DNA of 64,000 nt from Azolla caroliniana (Eukaryota > Plantae > Polypodiophyta), in the NCBI GenBank assembly GCA_043228905.1, contig JBHGNT010000001.1, positions 14,136,001 to 14,200,000 on the forward strand. Reading direction: 5' to 3'. This document shows positions 36,846 through 48,650 of the stretch, piece by piece (the first letter of the stretch is position 1; each line of letters opens with the position of its first letter). The translations under genes were made by a program, and so were the position numbers. A model generated the notes under the pieces. The model saw only the letters and a list, made by a program, of their open reading frames with translations, searched no databases and had not been told where the DNA came from.

Positions 36846-39800
36846 ATTGAGAGCCTTCTTCAGCATCTGTATTTTGGCTTGGTCCTGTTCGACGATCAAC
36901 ATGTCGTCCACGTACAGAAGGAGTATCAAGAAGTCGCCTCCTTCGAACTTCTTCACAAACACGCAGTGATCGGCCTGCGTCTTGTCCTACCCTTGATCGG
37001 TCATGAAGGAGTCAAACTTCCGGTACCATTGTCGGGGAGCCTGCTTCAGTCCGTACAGGCTCTTCTTCAACCGGCAAACCAAGTGCTCCTTGTCAAGAAC
37101 TACATGCTCCCGATGAACAACACTCAACCACAACCAAGCTTAGAATCAAACAAAGAAAAAACGGGAATGAATGGCACGACACAATGGAGAGATGAGTACA
37201 CAGGCTGTTTACGTGGAAAACCCAAACACAGGAAAAACCACGGTAGTCCACTGACTGCTAACTATCACTATGTAACAATATACAATAGTGAGCGCATGGA
37301 GGCAACGTCCTCGTGCTCACGATCTTCACCATAGGCGGCGGTTACAACAGAGATACGAACTCTTCGTCTCTTACTCTCTCTCTCTCTCTTTGTACACTGT
37401 TGCGCTCTAATCTTGCGCCAACTAGAATGACTACAACTACAACACAGCAACCATATACTAAGTTTGCCCTAAGTCATATTTATACTAATATGAATTTTCA
37501 TCTATTTACAAATATAGCCCCGATGGACTCTAAGAAACATATTTACGAATATGTCCCTTCGTCCGATGAGCACTCCTCACCGGGTCTTCCGTTGCCAGGT
37601 ACTCCTCATTCGGTTCTCACCGAGTCTTCGGTTGTCGAGTACTCCACATCCGGTTCTCACCGGGTCTTCACCATCCGGTTCTTGCCGGGTACTCGTCATC
37701 GGGCTCTCACCGGGCCTTCCGTTGTTGAGTACTCGTCATCCGGCTCTCACCGGGTCTTCCGTTGCTAGGTACTCCATATCACTGATCTTTTCACTTCCCA
37801 TCCGGAGGGACCTGTTTCCTAACAAACTCCGGCATGGGATGTCTTACTAGTCCGATCCGCTTCCGACATGCATCCAGCTTGTCAGGTATCAGTACTTTGG
37901 TCAACATATCTGACCCGTTCTCGGCCGTGTGTATCTTTGTCAGCGCGAACTCCTGGTCATCTACTCTTTCCCGGATCCAGTGATACCTTCGCTAGATATG
38001 CTTCGTCCGGGAATGGTAGGCCACATTCTTTGACTGTTGCAATAGAGCCGGTATTAATGTTGCCGGATACCGAGCTCTCGGATGAAGTCCTTCGTCCATA
38101 ATATTTCCTTTCTGGCTTCCATAACCGCCATGTACTCCGGCTCCGTGGTTGACAACACAACCGTCTTCTACAGCCTCAACTGCCACGAAACAGCTCCCCC
38201 TCCATATGTCATTACATACCTGGATGTAGACCGGCTGGTATCCACATCAGTCGACATGTCTGAATCGGTAAAACCGTCAAGTTGAGGTTTTCCAAAGCCG
38301 AATCGGAGACACATATTTGAAGTGCCCTTCAAGTACCGGAGTATCCATTTGACCACGTTCCAGTGCTCCTTGCCGGGATTGCTCATAAACCGGCTCACCA
38401 CTCCGACTGCGTATCCTATATCCGGTCGGGTACACACCATTGCATACATTAAGCTCCCAACGGCAAAGGCATATGGAACCTTCATCATATCAACCTTCTC
38501 TGCTTTCGTCTTCGGGCTTTGCTTACCGGATAATCTGCAGTTTGTCGGGAGTGTCGATCCGAACGGTTTTGCTTCTAACATGTTGAACCGTTGAAGTCCC
38601 TTTGTCACGTATTTCTCCTGTGACAACCACAGTTGCTTCGTTGGCCGGTTCCGGATGATATGCATCCCCAACACCTGTCTTGTCAGACACAAGTCTTTCA
38701 TCGTGAAGGTTCGGTTGAGAGCCTTCTTCAGCATCCGTATTTTGGCTTGGTTCCGTTCGACGATCAACATGTCGTCCATGTACAGAAGGAGTATCAAGAA
38801 GTCGCCTCCTTCAAACTTCTTCACAAACACGCAGTGATCGGCCATGAACCAGTCGAACTTCTGGTACCATTGTCGGGGAGCCTGCTTCAGTCCGTACAGG
38901 CTCTTCTTCAACCGGCAAAACAAGTGACTTCGTGTGACTTCGTGTCCACTTGACATACATCAGTATGCACCAACTCCAGTGGTGCATTACGTCTCATCGG
39001 TGACCACTTTGTCAGGAACTACACACTTCCGATAAACAACGCTCGGCCACAACCAAGCATAGAATCAAACACAGAAAAAATGGGAATGAATGGCACGACA
39101 CAATGGAGAGAAGAGTACACAGGATGTTTACGTGGCAAACCCAAACACGGGAAAAACCACGGCAGTCCACTGACTGCTAACTATCACTATGTAACAATAT
39201 ACAACAGTGAGCGCATGCAAGCAGCGTGCTCGTGCTCACAATCCTCGCCACAGGCGGCGGTTACAACAGACATACGAACTCTTCGTCTCTTACTCTCTCT
39301 CTCTCTCTCTGTACACTGTTGCGCTCTAATCTTGCGCCAACAAGAATGACTACAACTACAACACAGCAACCACATACTAAGTTTTCCCTAAGTCATATTT
39401 ATACTAATATGACTTTTCGGCTATTTACAAATATAGCCCTGATGGACTCTCAGAAACATATTTACGAATATGTCCCTTCATCCGGTGAGCACTCCTCACC
39501 GGGCCTACATCATCCGCCGCTTGCCGGGCACAAGTCATTCGGTTCTCACCGGGTCTTCCGTTGCCGGGTACTCCACATCCGGTTCTCACCAGATCTTCAC
39601 CATCCGGTTCTTGCCGGGTACTCATCATCTAGCTCCCACCAGGTCTTCAGTTGCCAGGTACTCCATATCACTGTTCTTTTCACTTCCCATCCGGAGGGAC
39701 CTGTTTCCTAACACTCCTTCCCTTTCTCCACGAATCCTTCCAGTTGCTGCATGTAGATCTCCTCTTCGAGGTCACCATGAAGGAATGTCGTCTTCACGTC

Positions 39801-42800
39801 CAGCTGCTCTACCTCGAGGTCCATGCTTGCTGCTATACTCAGCACCGTCCGGATGGAGGTCATCTTTACTACCGGGGCAAATATCTCGTCGAAGTTCACG
39901 CCCTTCTTCTGCTGGAACCCCTTCACCACGATCCTGGCTTTGTATCTCGAGGGGTTGCTGGCATCTCCCCGTTTCAACTTATACACCCACTTGTTTTGAA
40001 GTGCCCGCTTTCCTTTCGACAACTCCACCAATTCGTACATATGGTTCTCATGCAGGGAATCCATCTCCTCCTACATGGCACTTAACTATTTGCGGTTATG
40101 GGTGTCATCCTTCGCTTCTTCGAAGCTTTCCGGCTCTCCCTCATCGGTCAACAACACATGCTCTGCATTCGGAAATCTCCAGGGGGCCCTTCTCTCTCTG
40201 AGAGGATATCTCCGTCTTTGGCTTTTGGCAACCGGCTCCTCTATTTGTTCTTCATTCGAATCCGATTCGAGATCTTGGCCGGTTCCGATTTCAGCTTCCT
40301 CTACTTCTTCTTCTACCGGTTCAGTATCCTTCTAAACCCTAAACCGGCTGGTTCCTCGAGTGTCAACCGGCTCTTAGCCAGGTGTGTCCGAATCTCATCG
40401 GAGTTCATTATTTTCTTCTCCGACTCCCATTCGGCAAGAGTCTTGTCCTCCATGAAGATAATATCTCGACTCCGGAAAGCCTTCTTGTCAATTGGATCCC
40501 ACACTCAGTAGCCGAACTCATCATCGTCGTAACCGAGGAATATGCAAGGCCGGGTCTTTGGATCCAACTTTCCTCTCCGGTCCTTAGGAACATGCACATA
40601 CACGAGACACCCAAACACCTTCAGATGTCGGTAGGATACTTCCTTACCGGTCCACACCTTCTGCAGTTTGTCTCCATCCAAGCGCACTGAGGGTGATCTG
40701 TTTATCACATACGTCGTTGTCAACAACGCCTCAGCCCAAAACGTCTTGGGTAATTTTGCATGGGCCAGCATACTCCGGACCCTCTCCATTATGGTTCGGT
40801 TCATCCTCTCGGCCAGCCTGTTAATTTCTGGCTTCTTCGACACGGTAAATTCGAGCCGGATTCCCATCGAGCGACAGTACTCCTCGAACTGCCCCCGGTA
40901 TTCAACTCCATTATTTGCTCGAACCGCCTTCAGCTTCCAACCGGTTTCTCTTTCCACTCTCGTGTGGAGCTCTTTGAAGACAGATAGCACCTGATCCTTC
41001 GTCTTCAATGGTGTGGCCCACAACTTCCGGTTGTGGTCATCTATGAACGTCATGAAGTACTGCGATCCGGCATGTGACTTCGTGTCCACTTGACATACGT
41101 CAGTATGCACCAACTCCAGTGGTGCATTATGTCTCATCGGTGGCCTCGATCGGAAGAAGGTTTGGTTTTGTTTACCGGCCTGACAATTAGTGCACTTCTC
41201 CAAGTTCTTGTTCTTCACTGGAATGAGGGATTCGTCTGCAAGCCTCTTCATCCCCTTCTCACTCATGTGACACAACCTCTTGTGCCACAACTCACCGGCA
41301 GTGTCGAAAGCCATGTTTGCTTCTTCCGGGCATAACCGGGCATTCATCAGGTACAACGTGTTGACCTTCCGGGCCCGAGCCACAATCAGGCTCCTTTTGC
41401 TGAACTTCATAACACCGTTCCAGATGCTACCTGTGTTGTAGCCTTCATCATCTAGCCGACCGGCTGATATCAAGTTCAGGCGAACCTCCGGAACGTGTCG
41501 GACATCCTTCAGCAGCAGCTTGCATACGGTTGGTGTTGTCAACCATACGTCTCCTATGCCAACAATTCGGCATGTACCTTCATTCCCCATCTGGACACAA
41601 CCGTGATCACCGGCTAAGTAGGATGAGAAGCATTTTCGGTCCGGGGTAAGGTGGAATGACGCTCCGGAGTCGACCACCTAGGTCATCTCGTCGCCGGCAA
41701 GGTTTAGCTCACACTCCTCGATGATGAGCATCAACTCTTCTTCACTTGCCGCGATTGCCGTCGTTCCCTTCCGGTCTGTCCCCCTCCAGTCTTTACCGTT
41801 CCGGTCCGTTGTCCGCTTCGAATCGGTACCATCCGTTTCCTTGCCTTTTCGGAAGTGCCGACAATTCTTCTAGAAGTGTCCCGGCTTGCCGCAATAGAAG
41901 CATGTAGGCCTCCCCCTTGACTTTGACCGTGTCCCCGACTTCTCCCGGTTCTAGGGACTACGGTCCCTTTGTCTTCCGCATTCCGATTCGGTAATGAGCG
42001 GTTTGGAGTCGGAGTTCGTATCCTTGTCTTTCCGACGCGCCTCCTCATCTAGCAAGCTCAACTTCACTCTTGCCAGGGATAATCGTTTCCCTTCCACCCC
42101 GACGTTGCCCAGAGTGACAACCAACGTCTCCCAACTATCTGGGAGGGAACCGAGCAGGAGCAGTGCTAGTATCTCATCGGCGAGAGGTACTTCCAATGAT
42201 GTTGCCTGGTGGATCAGCCCCTAGAAGGCATTCATGTGCTTCGTCATGCTTGAGCCATCTTGGTACCAGAGTCTTACTAGCTTCTGAAATACCGAAACCT
42301 GATTAACGGCATTTTTGTTCTGAAACATAATGCCAATCTTCTCCCAGAGCTCATGAGCCTTGCTCTCTTCATTGAAGTTATTGTATAGACTCATGTTGAT
42401 GAAGCACCGTATGTACGCCGTTGTCTTCATGTGCATCACCTCCCATATCGTGGCGCCAATTTTGTCCGGTCTCTTGTCACCGAACTGAACCGGCAACCAA
42501 AGATCTTTAACCACGAGCATGTCCCTCATCTTCGACTTCCACACCGAATAGTTGGAGCCGGTGAGCTTGAATATGCCTACCAACGAATCGTCCATTTTCT
42601 GTGTCGTTTTACTCTAATACCACTTTGAAAGGAATACACGCTCCGGATGAACAACCGAGGCTTGGATCAAACACAGAAAACGGGTATTGAATGCACGACA
42701 TAGTGAAGAGAAGAGTACACAGGATGTTAATGTAGAAGAACCCAAACTAGGGAAAAAACCACGGCAACCCACAGACTGCAAACTATCACTATATCACAAT

Positions 42801-43184
42801 GTACAATAGTAAAGCACCGAGGCAACGACCTCGAGCTTGCTATCTTCGCCATAGGCGGCGGTTACAATAGAGGCAACGACCTCTTCCTTTCTCTCTCTCT
42901 TTGTACACAGTTACACGCTCAAATCTTGCACCAACAAGAATGACCACTACACCTCTAAGTTTGCCCTAAATCATATTTATACTAATAGGACTTTTCGGCT
43001 ATTTACAAATATAGCCCCAATGGACTCTCAGAAAACATATTTACAAATATGTCCCTTCATCCGGTGAGCACTTCTCACCGGGCCTTCACCATCCGGCTCT
43101 TGTCGGGTACTCGTCATCCGGTTCTCACTGGGTCTTCTGTTGCCGGGTACTCTAATCCCATCCGGAGGGATCTGTTTCCTAACA
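36846..43184 (-). mobile_element. Copia-B copy (5' LTR 43184-42626, PBS 42622-42611, gag, PR, IN, part of RT), 3'-truncated
   Basis: ORFs 42221-42595, 40505-41677, 39708-40064, 36774-36962 (LYVDDML). Confidence 0.92.
37091..39713 (-). mobile_element. Internally deleted Copia-B with two LTRs and TSD CTCCT, nested in the RT of a same-family copy
   Basis: LTRs 39713-39010 and 37824-37091; CTCCT at 37086-37090 and 39714-39718; interior is ~80 bp of integrase plus RT/RH. Confidence 0.93.
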
Positions 43185-43589
43185 ATCTGTTGGAAAGCCG
43201 AAACAAGAGTCGGGTTGAAATCGGCCGAAAAACCGAAATGGGAGTCAGCTGTTGAAATCGGCCGAAAAACCGAAATGGCAGTCGGCTGTCGAAATCAGTT
43301 AGAAAGCCGAAACAAGGGTCAATTGGCCGAAATTGACCGAAAAAACCCGAAACGGGATTTGGTCAAATAGAAGTGCAAACGAACATACACATATATATAA
43401 AAACATTTTCATGTATATATATGTGAGATAAGTTGGTATATATATATAGAGAGTCGTATTAGCTGCATATATATGTGGGATAACTCACAGAGAGAGAGAG
43501 AAAACAATGAGAGAAGCGCGAAACTGAACCTTTCTCGGTTTTATCCTTTCCACGTGATTTTCACACCATTGCCGAAAATCTTCACGACA
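43185..43589 (-). repeat. LTR fragment related to the LTR at 4071-4242, with ~37-bp tandem repeats
   Basis: Shares GATTTTCACACYATTGCCGAAAATCTTCACGACA; repeats of GTTGAAATCGGCCGAAAAACCGAAATGG. Confidence 0.75.
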
Positions 43590-44121
43590 ACGTTCTTGGC
43601 AAGGTGGATGGCACTTTGACTGTTGTAGTGGAGCTGGAAATACTCCTACTGGATCCCTAGCTCTCCAATGAAGTCCTTCATCTAGATTACCTCCTTATCA
43701 CCTTCTACACCTGCCATGTGGTCCGCTTCTATTGTCGATAGTGCAACAAACTTCTGCAGCATCGACTACCAGTATATGGCTCCCCCTACATAAGTCAAGA
43801 CATATCCGGATGTAGACCGGCTGGTATCCGCATCAGCCGACATATCCGAATCCATGAATCCTTCAAGTTGGGGTTTCCCTGAGCCATATCGGAGGAACAT
43901 AGTCGAGGTGCCTTTCAAGTACCACAGTATGCGTTGACCGCAGTCTAGTGTTCTCCTCCTAGATTGCTCTTGAACCGGCTGACCACTTCGATAACATATC
44001 TGATATCCGGCCGGGTACACACAATTGTGTACATCAGGCTTCCGACGGAGGAGGCATATTTCTTCGAACTTCGTTTTCCGGACAGCTTGTAGTTTGTTGG
44101 AAGTGTCAAACCGACCGGCTT
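43590..44121 (-). pseudogene. Copia-B-like RT/RNase H fragment
   Basis: VGSLMYTIVCTRPDI, DSDMSADADTSRSTSGY. Confidence 0.85.
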
Positions 44122-44390
44122 AGTAGAGAACTTTGCTTGCCACCTGTTCCCAAGACAAAAAATCCAGTAGCCATTGACCAAGCAGGTACTAATGCATCTT
44201 GTACGACCAAGATGCATAGTTGCTCCTGTCGAGCTTCTCAGTCGATAGCGAGCTTCCCATTCCTTTGTCCATGTTGTTGTCTTATCTTTTCCGAAAACTA
44301 AGAAAACTCAACTATGTCTCTATCGCAAGCTTTTATGTCGGTTGCAGAGGACTTCAACCCTCACGCTTTGATACCATGTAAAAGAATACC
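44122..44390 (-). pseudogene. Copia-A LTR end, PBS (44376-44365) and gag start
   Basis: TGGTATCAAAGC; EKLDRSNYASWSYKMH homologous to 901-1090. Confidence 0.85.
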
Positions 44391-47300
44391 TATGCTAGAA
44401 GTCCTTCGAGCCTATATAGAGGAGAATTTGGCAAATGGTTTCTTTCGACATTCGAAATCTCCAGCCGGCGCACCCATTTTCTTCGTCAAGTAAAAGGATG
44501 GATCACTTCGTCTTGTCAAAGATTCTTGTGGCTTGAATAAGGTCACCATTAGGAATAGGTATGCACTTCCCCTTATCACAAGTCTTTTAGAACAGAACAA
44601 TGGTGCAAGGTTCTTCACAAAGATTGACTTACGAGGAGCATCTAACCTCATAGGGATCCGACTAGGAGATAAATGGAGGACCACATTTCGCACTAGATAT
44701 GGGCACTTCAAGTACACAGTCATGCCATTCGGCCTTACTAATGCACCAACAGTCTTCCAACACATGGCAAATGATTAATTCCGAGATCTCTTGGATGTTT
44801 TTTTATCATCTATTTAGATGATCTACTGGTTTATTCGAAGACCCAAGAAGAGCATGATTCTCATGTACTATTAGTACTAAAACAACTTTGAGAACATGGT
44901 CTTTATGTAAAGCTGGAAAAATGTAGTTTCAGGTGCAACCAGGTAGAATTTCTGGGCTATGTCATTTCCTCGGAAGGCATCCCCATGGATCTAACTAAGG
45001 TCAAAGCGGTGGTAGAGTGGCAGACTCCGCATTTGTTGCAAGATGTGCAATTCTTATTAGTCTTTGCTAATTTCTACCGCAAGTTTATACAAGATTACTC
45101 AAAGCTTGTTCGGCCTCTCACTCTCACACAGCTTACCAAGAAAGGACAATCATTGTTTTGGTCTGAAGCAGCTGACATCGCTTTTGAGAGACTTAATAAG
45201 GCATTTACACGAGCTCCTATTCTAGCTCATGTTGATTCGGAAAAACCATTCATCATTGAAGCAGACGCGTCGGATTTCTCCTTGGGTAGCATTCTATCAC
45301 AACAAGGCAATGATGAAAAGTTACATCCTGTGGCTTTCCACTCACACAAGTTTGACGCCGCCGAAATCAACTATGAAATTCATGATAAGGAGCTATTAGC
45401 AATAGTGGACTCTTTAACGCAATGGAGGCATTTTCTAGAGGGATCTTCTCATCAAGTCACCGTATTCAGTGATCACAAAAACCTTGCCTACTTTCGGGAT
45501 GCTTGTGTGTTAAATCGACGTCAAGTTCAGTGGGCCCAATTCCTCACTCGTTTCAACTTCAAAATTACATATCATCCGGGGAAACAACAAGGGAAGGCAG
45601 ATGCATTATCACGGCACTCATATTTAGCACCGTGTCTTGGCGAGCCAACTTTCAATAACCAAAATCAAGTAATCCTGGAACCGGCACGACTACAAGCAAC
45701 AGAGGTGTTCGGCATGCCCTTGGATTCCCACTTATCGATACCATACATGAGGACTTGAAGACAGATGCTTTCGCCCAAGCCATTCTAGCACAAATTGATC
45801 CCTCTCAAGCATCTTGTTCACATTCGCAACAACCAGGTGCGTACTATCGACAATTCGAATGTCATGATGGATTACTATTATTTAAGAAACTCTTGTATGT
45901 TTCTAATGATTCTTGTCTCCTTCAAGTAGTCCAAAACTGTCATGACACATATACAACTAGGCATTTGGGTAGTACTAAAACATTAGATTTAGTACTATGA
46001 TCATTCTGGTGGCCCCATATGCAACAATTTGTCAAAGATTTTGTTCGGACTTGTGATACATGTTGCAGAGCGAAAATGCCAAGGCATCATCCATATGGTT
46101 TATTAGAACCATTACAAATTCCAAGCAAGTCATGGCAATCCATTGCTCTAGATTTCATCATAAATCTTCCAGTCTCTAAGGGATTCGATACGATCTTAAC
46201 AATAGTAGATCGATATACGAAGATGACCCATTTCCTACCATGTACTAAGGAAATCTCCAGTAAAGAAACCGCCGAAACTGTCATGCGTGAAGTATGTCGG
46301 CATCATGGCCTTCCCGATAGTATCATCAATGATCGTGGACCCCAATTTGTCTCCAAATTCTAGAAGCATCGCTTTAAAATGCTCAAGGTCACTTGTAACC
46401 TCTCCTCCGGCTACCACCCGCCAACAGACGGCCAAGAAGAACGAACAAATCAAACATTGGAGCAGTGTCTTCGGTGCTTTCTAAGCTATCATCAAGATGA
46501 TTTGGAAGATATTCTCCACTTCGCCGAATTTGCGTACAATAACTCTGTCCACTCATCGACAACAATTACGCCATTTTATGCTTATACGGCTTGTCGCCCC
46601 CAATGGTATGTATTTGAAACCCTAGAGTTACCCACAAATTCTTGCGCACAGGATCATTTGGAGCGGTTACGCAAAATACAAGCGGATTTATCTACTCATC
46701 TACAACAAGCTCAACAAACACACAAGGTTTACGCGGATCATCATCGGATTTCATCCAGTTTTTAACATTGGAGATCGGGTATGGTTACTACGACGACACA
46801 TCAAGACTACTCGCCCATGCGAGAAGTTGGATTATCGGCGATTAGGTCCTTTCTGTATTATCGGAAAAATTAATGATGTCGCTTTTGGTCTCGATCTACC
46901 TCCACAACTTCGGATACATCCGGTGTTTCATAGTTCTCTCCTCAAACCCTATCAAGACAGCACCATTCGAGGTCGTATTAAATAACCTCCATCCCCAATC
47001 AAACTTGAAGATGGACCTGAGTACAAGGTTGCTGCCATCCTTGATTCCAAGATTGTTCGCAACAAGCTCTACTATTTAGTCGATTGGCTAGGATATAGTC
47101 CCAACGAGTGTACTTGGGAGCCAATAGAGAATGTGACCAATGCTCGTGCTCTTCTTGAAGACTTCCATCATCAATATCCAGACAAACCGGGTCCTCAATC
47201 CAAAACAACTCGTGACACTCGTCATTTTAAAGGGAGGATAGTGTCATGATATGGCAAAACTTGAACCCATGACCTTATGTTACATGGGTCGAGTTCTTGA

Positions 47301-47510
47301 CCCTTATACTATATGTTGTAATATGTAGGATATTATTTTCATTTAAGTTTTACTATAGAAAATTGATGTATATTCTAAAAACTTCCGGAGTACTCCCGAG
47401 AACACTATAAAAGGAGGCACAATGCATTATTTCGAACCAAATCGGTTCAATGCCAGTCTTAAGCCTCCTAGCCATCCTTGTATATTCTTTTCACATAATA
47501 TATCGTTGTC

Positions 47511-47558
<48 letters not shown>

Positions 47559-47650
47559 TCTCTCAAGTGTTCTACAGCCTCTTTTCGTTTTAGTATGAAT
47601 ATTCATCTCTTAGTACTAATTTCCTCTCTATCTCAGTACTATTCTTAACA
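44391..47650 (+). mobile_element. Tcn1-like chromovirus, 5'-truncated (RT, RH, IN, chromodomain, PPT, 3' LTR 47242-47650)
   Basis: [29 protein letters not shown]...YEIHDKELLAIV, AEFAYNNSVHSST, PEYKVAAILDSK...YLVDWLGY...TWEP; LTR TGTCA...TAACA. Confidence 0.88.
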
Positions 47651-48650
47651 GTGCTCTTCCCTGAGCCATTGGGTCAGCGGTTCGTCTTCCGGTGTCCGCT
47701 CCCGCGTTTGAAGACCCGGTGAGTTAAGACGTTCTATGACCGGTTCCTGTTGAACCGTTGTCACCACTTTTGGTCTTCTTACTGGCTCTTCCTCCGTCCT
47801 GGGTTCCCCCACCGCTGAGTGGGTCTTCGAGGTATTGTCCTGCTCCAGACTTGATCCTTCCCCCTGCTACTCACTGTTGCACTTCCTTGGGTGATGCTAA
47901 AGGGTTTCGACTAGTTTTTACACAGCCTCTTCCTCCGCAGTTTCCTGGTTCACCTTTTGGACCAGGTCGTCTATGTCCCTGTCATGCCGACGCAGCTTGA
48001 TTTTAATTGGTTTGGTTGTTTTCTCCTGAACTAGCTCTACCGGCTCCTGTCTCAGGATCATTTGTACTTCTTCCCACTGAGACAAGTTCCATGCCGTCCA
48101 TCCAGGGGTGTGCTTTGATAGGTGTTGTTGCCGTTTGGATGACTTATTTAGTGTGATTTCCGGCCGGCCTCATTTCTTCGGCTTGATGGCGCGTGTTGGG
48201 GGTACTACTAAATTTGGCCACTGTGCTGATCCGCACCATGCTTTCTTCTCGTCCACTACAAATGTGATGTGTGTCCGTAAAGAGGCCGCCACAATCACCG
48301 GCCAGTCCACCTTGAGACCTTCGAATGTCGCAATGATGAATCTGCCCCATGTTTTTTGGCATGGTTGGTGGTCGAGGATGCACAAATCCGTATTCCAATA
48401 GCACGCGATCCACTTCCTTGAATAGGGGATCCTCACCGCCTTGTGTTCGGTACGCTTTGCTGGCGATGGAGTACTCCCCGAAGTATTCGATGAGGATGTC
48501 TGTGGAGGGGTTTTGTGATGGAACACAGTCCTTTGGCAGGCAATCCGACGAGAGCCTGCATCGTGCCTTCAGAGATTTCTTCGAGGTCGATTGTTGTTGC
48601 GATCTTCTCCGATTCTTTGTGTGGTGGTGCATCCGCTACCCGGAAGAATC
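47651..48650 (-). other. Degenerate accessory coding region, probably the 3' extra ORF of the Gypsy at 61555-64000
   Basis: Protein-like frame 48170-48526 (WGRFIIATFEGLKVDWPVIVAASLR); becomes contiguous with 61555 onward if the chromovirus is removed. Confidence 0.45.
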
